Shown in pieces: positions 8,111 through 18,900 of a stretch of DNA of 58,930 nucleotides. Origin of the DNA: a virus (Duplodnaviria > Caudoviricetes); IMG/VR virus record IMGVR_UViG_3300021389_000024, positions 1 to 58,930 of that record; one strand, given 5' to 3'. The notes under the pieces were generated by a model that saw nothing but the letters and a program-made list of their open reading frames with translations, made no database searches and was not told the DNA's origin. Position numbers and translations under genes: made by a program. The number at the start of each line of letters is the position of its first letter. Within the stretch, counting starts at the first letter, position 1.

Positions 8111-10645
8111 TTATCCCTCTAGTGTCTCTATTCTTGATTTTAAATCTTCAATTTCTGTCATAGCTTCTTGTAATGCTTTAATAGCCATAATGTACATTTG
8201 CTGTTCTTTAACACCCTTACGAATTACAGCATCTTGAGCAGCAGTTTTTGTATCACCAACTGAAACGCCTTCTGGTAGATCATCTTCTTCTGTCCATAGA
8301 ACTTCATCCTTTGATTGTACTTTAGTGTGTTCGGTAATTAACTCAGGATTAGTCGTTTCAATTTCCTGTGCTATAACTCCTAATCTTTTATCATCTGAAT
8401 CCTCATCTTCATTATAATGAAACTTTTTAAGTTCCCAAGATTTAACAGAATTCCAAGTGCTTGATAATACTTCTATATTTTTCTTTTCTCTTTCATCACA
8501 AAGATTGGAATTGTTTGATTGATAATTATGTAATCCCCCATTTGATTGTAGAGATGCTTTTTGTCCTGCTGTATCGTTGCAGGTCCAAAATTGAGATTGT
8601 GTATTATTAGGAGCTCCACCATATAGCCAAAAGTTTGCACAGTTTGCATAATAGGTACTACCATTTCTAATAAGTACAGTTGTTAAAGCACCATCATTTG
8701 AATTTATCTCATGATATTTACTTACGCTGTTAAAATACGCTCCACTTGTACTTTTTACTTTCCAAGCACCATGCAAATTAAGACTTGCTCTTTCTGTAGT
8801 TCCATAATAAAACCTCATTGCAGAAGAACCTGCTTGTGCACCTATTCCTATTCCTGCTGTTGCCCCACTTGCTTCAAAATTAATAAGAGGCACATTATCA
8901 GCACCACCTATCTCTAGTTTAGAGCTTGATATTGATGGTGTTCTATTAATTCCAACTCGTCCAGAGCTATCAATTCTCATGCGTTCTGAGCCACCTGTAT
9001 TCAAGGTAACTACATCTCCGCCAATATTCATAGTACGCCATGCAGAGCTTCCTCTGTCATAAGAGTTCATGTTTACAAAACCGCTTGATTCGTTTGGTGT
9101 AACTTCTAAACTTGTTCCATTTGTTCCATCGCCTACAACAAAATTGACTTGAGGAGATAGATTACCAACTCCAATATATCCTGACTCATCTATAACAACT
9201 TTTTCAGTTAATGATGACCTTGCTCCACCGCCTGAAGTAGAAGTGCTGAATGTTAATTTACTTGCACCTACACTTCCTACAGCTATTGATTTAATGCTAG
9301 AAGTAACTCCTGCTGCTGAAGTACCACCATCTTGATCAAAGAAATTAATTGCACCAAATACATCATCAGCAGATACGCTAGACCCTGCTGCATCAAGCAC
9401 TAAGTTAGTTCCGTCAAATCTAAGATTAGCCTCACCCTCTAATGTATTAGCTGTACCACTACCAGTTATGATTCTGTTATCAGCGTTGTTGTTGATGGTA
9501 GTACCACTTACTGTTGAGAACGATAAAGTGCCAGAACCATTTGTAGATAAAACCTGGCCATTAGAACCATCTGCTGCTGGAAGCACCCATATCTTATCTG
9601 CTGATAAGGCAGGAGCTTCAAAGCCTACATAGTTAGACCCCTCATAGAACCTTAGTTCGTTGTTGCTACCACCAACAGATAAGTGACCGCCAGTAGTAAC
9701 ATCACTGGTAAAGGTGACTTTCTCATTAGAGTCAATAGTAATTGCTGTAGCGTCTGCACTTGTGCTAATTGACGTAGCTGATTCTAAAACATCAGACACC
9801 AAAGATTTCTTTAATGCACTATCGGTTGCATCAAAGATCATAAAGTGATCCGCACCTACGGCTGTAACTTGTGTTAAGCCTGACACGAATGATGCTGGTA
9901 GAGTGTTTACATCAGTTTGGGTAAAGGTCATGACCTCTAAGATTGCACCGTTTGCTGGTGCGGTATCCATGGTTAAGGTTGTACCACTTACTGCATAGTC
10001 TGTCTTTTGTTGGTAAACACCATCTAAAAATACTTGTGTATTGTTTTCGTGTATTGGAGAAAGACCAAGCGTAAAAGCTGTAGTGCTTCCATTACAAGTA
10101 AATTGATTGTGAGTTAAATTATTTCCTGAAACTAATGCTGCTACATGATAAACAATAATGTTGCGACTATTAGCAGGTGCAACATCAAATGTAAGTGTGG
10201 TTCCTGAGAGAGTAAAGTCTCCGGGGTTTTGATAAACACCCTCAATAAATACAATTAAGTTATCTTCACTTGCTGGTGCAACGCTTAGTGTAAATGCGGT
10301 TGCACTACCATTACCTGTAAATGTATCAACAGTTAGTGTAGAAGTAACATCGGTCTTAACGTCCTCTAATAAAGCCGCAACTACCCTTAACTCTGCCTTA
10401 TCGCCAGAATTAAAAGCTCGTGCAGTTGTATTATCATGCCCCCGAACCACGGTCAGTGTGTTACCACTTCTTGCTGTTACCTTTACGATCTCCTTGTTGG
10501 TAGTATCATCAAAGGTTACATAGAAGTGATCACTACCTGTTATGGTAGGGAAAACAGAACCATCGGTTACAGCGATGCTCGTGACGCTGCTATTGATTCC
10601 TGCGGCAAGAGTTGTCGCTGCGTTGTTGGTAAACTTAACAGCCAT
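8111..10645 (-). CDS. Tail fibre with C-terminal intramolecular chaperone (peptidase S74-like)
   Basis: MAVKFTNNA...EIVKVTARSGNTLTVVRG attachment domain, two FTGNGSxTAFTL/VFxxGVYQ repeats, ERMRIDSSGRVGI repeats, CDEREKKNI, GVIAQEI, end RIETLEG. Confidence 0.85.
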   Translation of the reverse strand: MAVKFTNNAATTLAAGINSSVTSIAVTDGSVFPTITGSDHFYVTFDDTTNKEIVKVTARSGNTLTVVRGHDNTTARAFNSGDKAELRVVAALLEDVKTDVTSTLTVDTFTGNGSATAFTLSVAPASEDNLIVFIEGVYQNPGDFTLSGTTLTFDVAPANSRNIIVYHVAALVSGNNLTHNQFTCNGSTTAFTLGLSPIHENNTQVFLDGVYQQKTDYAVSGTTLTMDTAPANGAILEVMTFTQTDVNTLPASFVSGLTQVTAVGADHFMIFDATDSALKKSLVSDVLESATSISTSADATAITIDSNEKVTFTSDVTTGGHLSVGGSNNELRFYEGSNYVGFEAPALSADKIWVLPAADGSNGQVLSTNGSGTLSFSTVSGTTINNNADNRIITGSGTANTLEGEANLRFDGTNLVLDAAGSSVSADDVFGAINFFDQDGGTSAAGVTSSIKSIAVGSVGASKLTFSTSTSGGGARSSLTEKVVIDESGYIGVGNLSPQVNFVVGDGTNGTSLEVTPNESSGFVNMNSYDRGSSAWRTMNIGGDVVTLNTGGSERMRIDSSGRVGINRTPSISSSKLEIGGADNVPLINFEASGATAGIGIGAQAGSSAMRFYYGTTERASLNLHGAWKVKSTSGAYFNSVSKYHEINSNDGALTTVLIRNGSTYYANCANFWLYGGAPNNTQSQFWTCNDTAGQKASLQSNGGLHNYQSNNSNLCDEREKKNIEVLSSTWNSVKSWELKKFHYNEDEDSDDKRLGVIAQEIETTNPELITEHTKVQSKDEVLWTEEDDLPEGVSVGDTKTAAQDAVIRKGVKEQQMYIMAIKALQEAMTEIEDLKSRIETLEG

Positions 10646-10663
10646 TAGCTAACTCCTTAAAAA

Positions 10664-11089
10664 TTAACTAACTGTTACAGTCCAAGTAATTGTCATTGAG
10701 TCAGACGCACCCTTATTAACTACTGAAAAAACAGTTCTACAAAGTAAGTCACCGGAAGAAGAGGCATTTAAAATACCCGCTTCAGTCACAGCACCAGTAC
10801 CAGTACCAGCTCCAAAGGTAGCTACGTAAGTCACAACAGCACCCGATACAGTAGTACTTGTTAAAGCAACACGACCTAGTTGATTTCCTAAAGCGGAATC
10901 GCCAGCTGCGGCTGCTGTAGAACCACTACCAATTGCCATGTGAGACATAGCAGTTGCAGTAGCATCTTTCATTCGAGAGGCAACATATTCCTTTCCATCA
11001 GTAACTACAAGGTTATTGACTTCTTGGACTGTTTCTCCGTTAAGGGCAATTTTTAACTTACCTGTAAGTTTTAAACCGTCGTTTAACAT
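10664..11089 (-). CDS. Virion structural protein
   Basis: NLVVTDGK...SHMAIGSG...GTGAVTEAGI...VVNKG...TWTVT pattern seen in phage tail/baseplate proteins. Confidence 0.65.
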   Translation of the reverse strand: MLNDGLKLTGKLKIALNGETVQEVNNLVVTDGKEYVASRMKDATATAMSHMAIGSGSTAAAAGDSALGNQLGRVALTSTTVSGAVVTYVATFGAGTGTGAVTEAGILNASSSGDLLCRTVFSVVNKGASDSMTITWTVTVS

Positions 11090-11102
11090 AATTTCTCCAA
11101 AT

Positions 11103-12563
11103 TTAATTTAATACACTAGTGTTAAATGCAGAGGTGTTAAGTACACTACTTGATCCGGAGACCAATACCACATTTATCGATTCTGTTATTGTAGCACTAT
11201 CTGATAAAGATTTACCAAAAGTATGTGCTAAACTTTCTGAGATAGAAGCACTCTCCGTAAAAATATTTCCAGCGCCAGAAGTAAAAACATCAGCTAAACT
11301 TAGAGTCTCACTAAAAGATGTTGAGAATGAATGAGCAATACTCTCTGTAATTGTAGGGGTGTCTGCAAAACTAGTTGAAAAAGTAAGTACAGGAGCACTG
11401 TCACCCACACCCACAATATTTCCTTTGTTTATACCAAAGTCTGTTTGCAGATCATCAGAAGCACTAGCAGTATCGTCTAATGCATAACTGTCTGAAAAAG
11501 CCCGTGCAAATGTAGCTACACGACTAAATGATTCGGACATAACCACAGATTCAGCAACTTGTACGCTAACTGCACCGCCCATACCACTGTGGTTTGTACA
11601 ATAATAATGTAAAGACGCTGGTGTAGATCCAGTTACTTGTATCTCTACGTAAGCACCAGAAGACCCAGGTGTGCCACTTACAGTCACATTAGTTGTGTAT
11701 GCAGAACCCCCACCGTGTGATCCATTTGCTGTTTCTGAAAATCTAAATGGGTGCCCGCTAACACTAGAGTCCGATAAATCAAACTTATATGTTTTACCTA
11801 CATCTAACGTTAGTGCTGGGCTATTAACGCCATCAATGTGATATTTATTGCCTGATCCATATGAGTTTGTAGCAGAAGCAACGGTTACTGTATAAGTAAC
11901 TGTACCGCTTTCTGGTATTGCTTTACCTACCCCCAACACATTGGACTCAGATATAGTAGCTGTTTCAGAGTGCGGTAAACTAATATCTAAAGCAGGCGTA
12001 TCAGAGATTGACAAGGTATCGCTTTTAGCGGGGTCTATACTCAATACTTCTACATCGCTAAAAGATAAAGTATCACTTTTTGCTGGTTCTATACTTAATG
12101 CAGGAGCATCAGACAGTGTACTACTATCATCAAATGCTGTACTAAAAGCAATTGCAGGGGCATCTGCAAGTGTTGGAGTGTCACTAAATGCTCTAACAAA
12201 ATCTACTACTCTACTAAGAGATTCAGTAATACCAACGGTTTCAGATTTACTGCTAGCAAATGCTGAAGCTAGTTCTTCTGCTATAGAAACAGTTTCTGTT
12301 TTTGTTGTACTAAATGTAAGTGCTGGTGCGTCGGTTAAACCAAAACTTTCAGCATTTGGGTGTCCAGAAAGAAAGTAAAGGTTTTTACTATCTGCATCTA
12401 ATAATACATTTACAGCCGATAAATCTACGTACTGTAATGACGTTTGTAAATTTGTAAACGTAACAAGGGATCTAAGATTTTGAAAAACAGAAACGGGTTG
12501 AATCGAATCTGTGTCAACAGTAACCTTTAGGTTGACATAATCAACTGTAAACTTGATGGCCAT
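11103..12563 (-). CDS. Repetitive tail-associated protein with inserted cupredoxin-like domain
   Basis: ~17-19 aa repeats (SDTLSISDTPAL...); internal domain with GHPF...YYCTNHSGMG. Confidence 0.65.
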   Translation of the reverse strand: MAIKFTVDYVNLKVTVDTDSIQPVSVFQNLRSLVTFTNLQTSLQYVDLSAVNVLLDADSKNLYFLSGHPNAESFGLTDAPALTFSTTKTETVSIAEELASAFASSKSETVGITESLSRVVDFVRAFSDTPTLADAPAIAFSTAFDDSSTLSDAPALSIEPAKSDTLSFSDVEVLSIDPAKSDTLSISDTPALDISLPHSETATISESNVLGVGKAIPESGTVTYTVTVASATNSYGSGNKYHIDGVNSPALTLDVGKTYKFDLSDSSVSGHPFRFSETANGSHGGGSAYTTNVTVSGTPGSSGAYVEIQVTGSTPASLHYYCTNHSGMGGAVSVQVAESVVMSESFSRVATFARAFSDSYALDDTASASDDLQTDFGINKGNIVGVGDSAPVLTFSTSFADTPTITESIAHSFSTSFSETLSLADVFTSGAGNIFTESASISESLAHTFGKSLSDSATITESINVVLVSGSSSVLNTSAFNTSVLN

Positions 12564-12937
12564 TAATCGAAGTCATCACGCACTTTAAATTTTATAAAAT
12601 CTTGTACTGTTTGAATACCAGATCCAGAAGTTGTGTGTTCGATTTCGCCTTCAAAAGTTCCTGCAGTTGTCCACGTTCCTGTAGGGAATGTTAATGCACA
12701 AGTGCCATTAGCAGCGCTTGTTATAGTAGCAGTGATGGTAGAAAGAACCGTTGTTGACCCTACCTCACGAATGCGTAGTTTTACAGTTGCACCAGTTAAG
12801 TTGATTGGTGCCCAAGTAGTTTCGTCTTCTACATCTAACGTAGCCCCAGACGCAGCAGTGTTGCTGTCTTTTAGGGTAAAAGTTAGTTCAGGAAGAGTGT
12901 CTCCTACTACTAATTTAATTGTGTCTGAATATGCCAT
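12563..12937 (-). CDS. BppU N-terminal-like tail adaptor protein
   Basis: VGDTLPELTFTL...INLTGATV...GTFEGEIE...FKVRDD pattern. Confidence 0.6.
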   Translation of the reverse strand: MAYSDTIKLVVGDTLPELTFTLKDSNTAASGATLDVEDETTWAPINLTGATVKLRIREVGSTTVLSTITATITSAANGTCALTFPTGTWTTAGTFEGEIEHTTSGSGIQTVQDFIKFKVRDDFD

Positions 12938-12957
12938 AAATTACCTCTTAGTATAAC

Positions 12958-15900
12958 TTAAAAAATAGACGCCGCAAAAGGTAGGTAGTCTTTAGTGTTG
13001 ATTGTTCTGTCAATGAATATATCATCAAAGCGTTCTGCTGTTGGGCCCAATGCAGGTAAGAACCAAGCATCGCCATAACGTTCAGCTTGTGCCATAGGCA
13101 ACAATAAACCGAATGGCCCATAAATACCAGATCTATCTAGTAGCTCAAACATGTAAGTGCCCCACGGCATTTTATCTGATCTAAAAGCTCTGTCTGCGCC
13201 AGCTTCATCACCTATTGCGCTTCGTCCTAAAAATTTAATAAACTCTCTTAGTTCTAAACCAATAGCAGTTAAAGGTAATAGAAGAGTTGCCATTATTATA
13301 ACGGGCATTATTCTACTGCTTAATTGCCCATCACTTCTATATTTATTTCTGCCCTCTCTAATAGCACCACCAACTATGTTTTTACCGTAAGCATAGAAGA
13401 AAGATTTTAATTGCCATACCAAAGCAAAGTATGGGTTTGAGGCCCACACAGGTCTTTCTGCAGCATTTGGCCTTACAATTGATTCTTCTACAAATCTACC
13501 TAAAGCTTCTTGTACTTTTTTCCCGCCTTCGGTGTCAAACCTTTTTTGGCCGTTTTTATTAGCGCTAGCCCATTCTAATACTTCGTCTGGGGTTAAATTC
13601 TTTTGAAGTTCTCCAAGATGTCTAATTGCAGTTTCATCGCCGTCTTTAGCTTTTTGAGCAAGTCTTATTAAATATTGTTGACCCATACCCGCTGCAAACA
13701 CACGTGTAAACTTAGTGTACTGTTCTAACAAAGTTATTCTAAAAAAGCCTCTTGCGTAACGTTTAGTGTCCTCTGTCATAAACCCAAGCTCTGCAGCGTT
13801 TATGTACATAGTTTCTATTGAGTCATGAGTAACAACTCCTAAATCTCTAGCAAACTGTTCTGCTTCTTTTTTGTTTTTAATTGTGTATTGAAGTTGTTCT
13901 ACAATAGTTCCAAACTTGTCATTCATGTCTTTTGATCTAAGAACTGGTCCTGCTAAATCAGGCAAGGAAGCAATTGCAGCAAAAGTTAAAAGTGTAACCA
14001 TATTACCTAAAAGGGCCCAACTGTTTAATTGACGCATAACTGGGCTCATGTTCATTCCAACTTTACCAAGTTGAGCTTCTATAGCTTTTCTAGCTCCCTC
14101 TCTGCTTGCATCATCTTCTATTCTAGAAAGCAAAATTTCCATAGCTCTCCAACCAGCTACTTCTGTTTCTCCCTCTGCTAACTTTGTTAAAACTTCTGCT
14201 TTGTTTTCACCGTACAACTCTTCTAATTTAGCTTTATCTGCTTCCGTTGGAGCAACAGTAATAGCTTTTTCATACTCTAGTTTTTTAGTAATGCTTTCTA
14301 TGTATGATTTAATTGCAAAATCAGCAGGTGCTAATAAGCCTGCATCTCCTTCTGCATTTATATCACCATTTGCATCTAATCCTCGTCGGGCTGCATGGTT
14401 AGGAATTTTGTCAAAGTATTTCTTTCTTTCTTGAGCCATACCAACAGAAAGTGTAGAAGCATCTTCTTCTGCACTTTGTTTTTCATTTCCTGTTGAATCA
14501 CTATCCTCGTCTGTTATTGCCCACGCTTCAACAAACGCTAACCAACTTTCAAACCCTTTAGGTTTTGCAACTGTAGGGTTGTATTTTGCTAATAGATCAG
14601 CAAGTTTTTGACGTTTTTGTGGGTCATTGACTATTGAAGATAAAAGCCAATGCCTACTAAAGAAATTTTCTTTGTAACGTATATTAGGGTTGTTTGGTGT
14701 TATGTAGGTTTCATAAAAGTCTTGCAAAACTTTTCTCATTGCTTTTGCAGCAACGGGTAAATCATTTGTGTTTACTCTGTCATCTTCTGCTTGTAGTGCA
14801 GCTTCTGCAATAAGCTCAATGTTTAATTCACCATTGCCATCTCTAAAAACAAGATTGCCATTTTCATCCCTAGTATCATACAAAGAGTTTAAATTTTGGT
14901 TTGTTATTAAAGTTCTTGCATTAATAAACCCAAACTTATCTTTAGAAGAAGAACGAGAATATAATTTTTTTGCTATATCTTTTCCGGCTTCACCTAATCC
15001 CCTTAAATACCCATCAGAAGTTTGTAGTAAATATGCAACAGACCAGTAGCCTTTGTCAGTGGTTTGTCCAGGAAGTTTAGCTCGAAGCATTTGTATAACT
15101 TTAGTTTTAATGCTTTCTAATGTTTGTCTACTTACAGATTTACCAGACTCTTTTATTGTTTCTTCGATTACATTTCTAACTTGTACTTCTTGCCCAAAAC
15201 TCATACCTTGCAACGAATCATGTAGGCTTTGATAAGTTCTTCCATTTTCCATAACTTTATTTACATAGGTTTCAAAATCCCCAAAACCAGATGCGGTTTC
15301 TGAAAACCTTTCTCCAAACACAAGATTTCGCATTTTTTTATAAACGTTTTCTATTTTTTTAAATAGCCTAGTAAAGTACCCGCTAACAAAATCGCCGCCT
15401 CGTGCTGTTTCTCCTGTTCTAATTTTCTTTAAAAGTACCGTTGCAAGTTTATCTGCAAACCACTCTTCAAACCCGTACTTAGAATTGTATTGTTCTTTTG
15501 CTTTTGGGTCTGTTGTAGTATCACGTTCTTTTTCAAAAGCATCCATTAAAAACTTTAAACCCCGTTGGTTTTTAAAAAGAAGTTGAAGTTCCGTTCTAAA
15601 CACTGCGTGGCCCATTTCATGTGTTAACGCCAACATTGCAACTGGTAAACTAACGCCATCTAACCTCTGTTGACCTGCTGTAGTTAAATCTGCGTTTTCT
15701 ATTCTGTTTTCTTCAGGAGATATTTCTCCAAACCTATCTGCAAAAAGAATGCCTTCTCTAGGTTGATTATAAAGCCCCGATACCCTACCACTAAACCCTC
15801 TGATTCTTTGTATATCTATTAGAATGACATCTTCATCTGTATCTGGCAGATACACATACTGCGCAAGTTTTTCGTCCTCTTGCATTTTTCTTGCATAAGT

Positions 15901-18900
15901 AAACAAAGTTCTATCTCTAAAAGATTCTTGTGTATCTTCAAGAAACGCATAATGCCCTACTTTTGTTGGCGTCATTTTTGATACTCTTTTAGACATCTGA
16001 GTCTGTTGAATTAATTCTTCTGGAGTTATCATAGTCAGCTTTCTGTTGTATTTAAAAATGCTTTTTGTAACTTCTAAAAGTTTATAAGCAAAATTGTTTT
16101 TAGAATCAGCGCTTTTACTAGGTTTTTTAGTTGGATCTGGGTTGTTGAAATAATCACTTACATTAGGCGAAATTGTTGCGCCTTGTAGCTTTAAAGGTCT
16201 TGTTGTGGTTTTTGGTTGGTTTTTTTGCGCAAATGCTTTTAAAGATTCTGCATGGTTTGGTCTTTGGTTAATATAATATAAAATTGTTTTGCCGGCTAAT
16301 TTACCTTCTGCTATTTGGTCTAAAACCCACTGTCTTCTTTCTTGTTTAAAATCTGTGTGGGCAGTGCCCTCTAGCCATTTTTCATATTGAATTACACTGT
16401 CTTCTAGATTTTTAGTTTTTCTTGCATCTCTAGCATTTGGTAAATGGCTAAAAGGGTTGCCGTAGTGTTTTTCGCCTGGTTTTCGTAAAACACTTATTCC
16501 CTCATTGTTTGCTTCTGCAGTTTTTACAGCTTGTACTCCATTTAAATATTTTATAGTTACTGCTCTAGTTTTGTCAGCATCTTCAGCTATTCTTTGTTGT
16601 AAATTGTTAAACCATGTTTGATTTAATACATCTACTGTATCTTCTTGATCATATTCACGTTCCGCGCCCTCAATTTGCTCTCGTTGTGCAGGCCCTGGGT
16701 CGGCGTAAAGGCTTGGATCGCCTATAGCAAACTCGTTTAAAGTTATATAACCCGCTCTGGGTTCATTTAATTCTGGATAATTTTCAACAAGAAAATCTAA
16801 AATAGCTTCTTGGTCAGTTCTGTCAAAAACAAGAGGAGAAAATGCAGGTCCCCGATCAACAGTATCAACGCCTGGAATTGATTGTTGTGGGTTAACATTT
16901 ACTGGGTCAGTGGGAACAACTTCTCCTGGAAACCTTTTGCTTATTTCATCTCTAAATAACCGATCACTTAAACCTTCTGGTGCTCCTACTTTTTCTATTA
17001 TTTGAGCTATAAACCCCTCTTTTCCAACGGCAGGGCGAGGGGCTCTTATATTCTGCCCACCTGGAAATTCAGCAGAAGGAACCCTTAAACCCTGACGAAT
17101 TGTGTTTTTATTAAATTTAACTCTACTATTTCCATCATCTATTTCTGTTATATTTTTAACCGTGCCACCGGGCCCATACTCTACGTCTATAGGAGCAATA
17201 ACAATTTCTTGTGAAGCGGTGTTTAAATATTCGATAATATTTTTTTGACTTCCCTTTACACCATAATGTAAAGGTCGGCCAATTGCTTCTAAATCAGCTA
17301 TTAAGGTAGGCAAAGCTTGCGCGTATCTAGCTTCTCTTGATATATTTAAATCAATCCCATCTCGGTCAATAATAAAATCAAGTAACTGAATAATACTTAC
17401 ACCATTTGTTCTACCATAAAGTTGATCCGGAGCAGCTGTTTTAGGTCTTAAGTTTTCACTAAACAGATTTGGTTGCGCATATACCCCACCCCTTACTGTA
17501 GGTTCTACAGCATCCATTTTTGTTGCAACAAGAGGGACATTAAAACCTGGTAGTTTATCTAGCCCAGTATCAGACGCATATTTTTTTCTTAAATCATCTC
17601 GAAGGTGTTGAGGATTAGTAGCATTTTGAATAGCCACATTTAGATCTTGATCAAAACTGCTTGATAAAACTCTTGCGTTGTAAGCTAGCTCACCCGCGTC
17701 ATTTTCTTGCACTTCTATACCAACATCTAAAGATGGGTCTCTTTTTTTAGCCTTCATTACCTCTGTAATAAGGTTTAATGGCACGTTATCAAAGTTAACG
17801 GTGCTTACTTGTGGGCCTATTGCATCTAAAAACTCTTGTTTTTCTTGTTCGGAAGGAGTTTCTTTTTGTTTTAAAGTATCACTTTCATATGCGCTAATAG
17901 CCCTTTTGGGGACTGAAAACAACAAAGTCCCCTCTACAAACTTGCCTGTTTGTAAAGTTTCGTCTCCTGCATCTGCAAAAACCCTACCATCATTATCATC
18001 ATCAGTTGCTTCTTCTGTTGGAGTTGTTACTCCTTCTTGGCTATCTCCCTCTGCAAATATATCTTCGGCAGTAGCAGCATTATTAGCCATAGCATCGGCC
18101 AATGCTTCATCTCTATCTTCCCCTAAATCTCTTGTTATTGGGCTAGAGCGTTGGACAAAATCTTGTATTGGGCTAGTAGTTTCTCCTTCGCCTTCTTCTT
18201 CTAACCTACGCGCTTCATACTGTGCTTCAAAAGAATCTTCTTGGTCTGCTAGTGGAGTAGCATTACTATCAACTAAATTAACAATATCATCTACAGTGTA
18301 TGTTTTTTGTCCATCTGGACCCGCGTTATCTTCTCTTAAATAACCTGCGTCTACAGCGGCTTCTATCAGCTGATCAACTCCCATGCCACCAGTTTTTGTA
18401 TAACTAAAAGTGCCCCTATCTAATCTATCTCTTAGTTCAGCAACCCCTACCGCTTTAGGATCAAGTTTGTTGTTTCTAAGAAAAGTTTTAAATGGTACAT
18501 TCTTTTTAACAGGTTTAGCTTTAGCTTTTGGTTTTCGTTTAGCTTTTGGTTTTAATGTACGTTGAAACCTTGAGGGCCTAGACCCCTGTAACTCCGCATC
18601 TGTTTCTTCACCAAAAAACAGTTCTTCTTGTAAAGGTTGAGTACGTTCAAAAAAGTCTGTTTCTGTTTCTGCTACGATTTCTGCATTAGGATTATTAGCT
18701 TGTAGGTTCCTAGAAGCGGCTTCAATAGATGCTTCGTCAGCAGGAACAGCTTCATAATCAATGGTTCTGCCTTTGCTATCAATGGCGCGTATGATAATGT
18801 CACCAGATTCAGGAAGTGCACTTAAGTTAAATAAGCCTTGAAATGTTTCAGGGTTAGTAAAATCATTTTCAAAAGCAGTACCTCTTTTTTCTCTACTAAC

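Noticed and set aside
4774-10645. Diversity-generating retroelement acting on the tail fibres
   Set aside because: No reverse transcriptase and no TR/VR pair differing at adenines.
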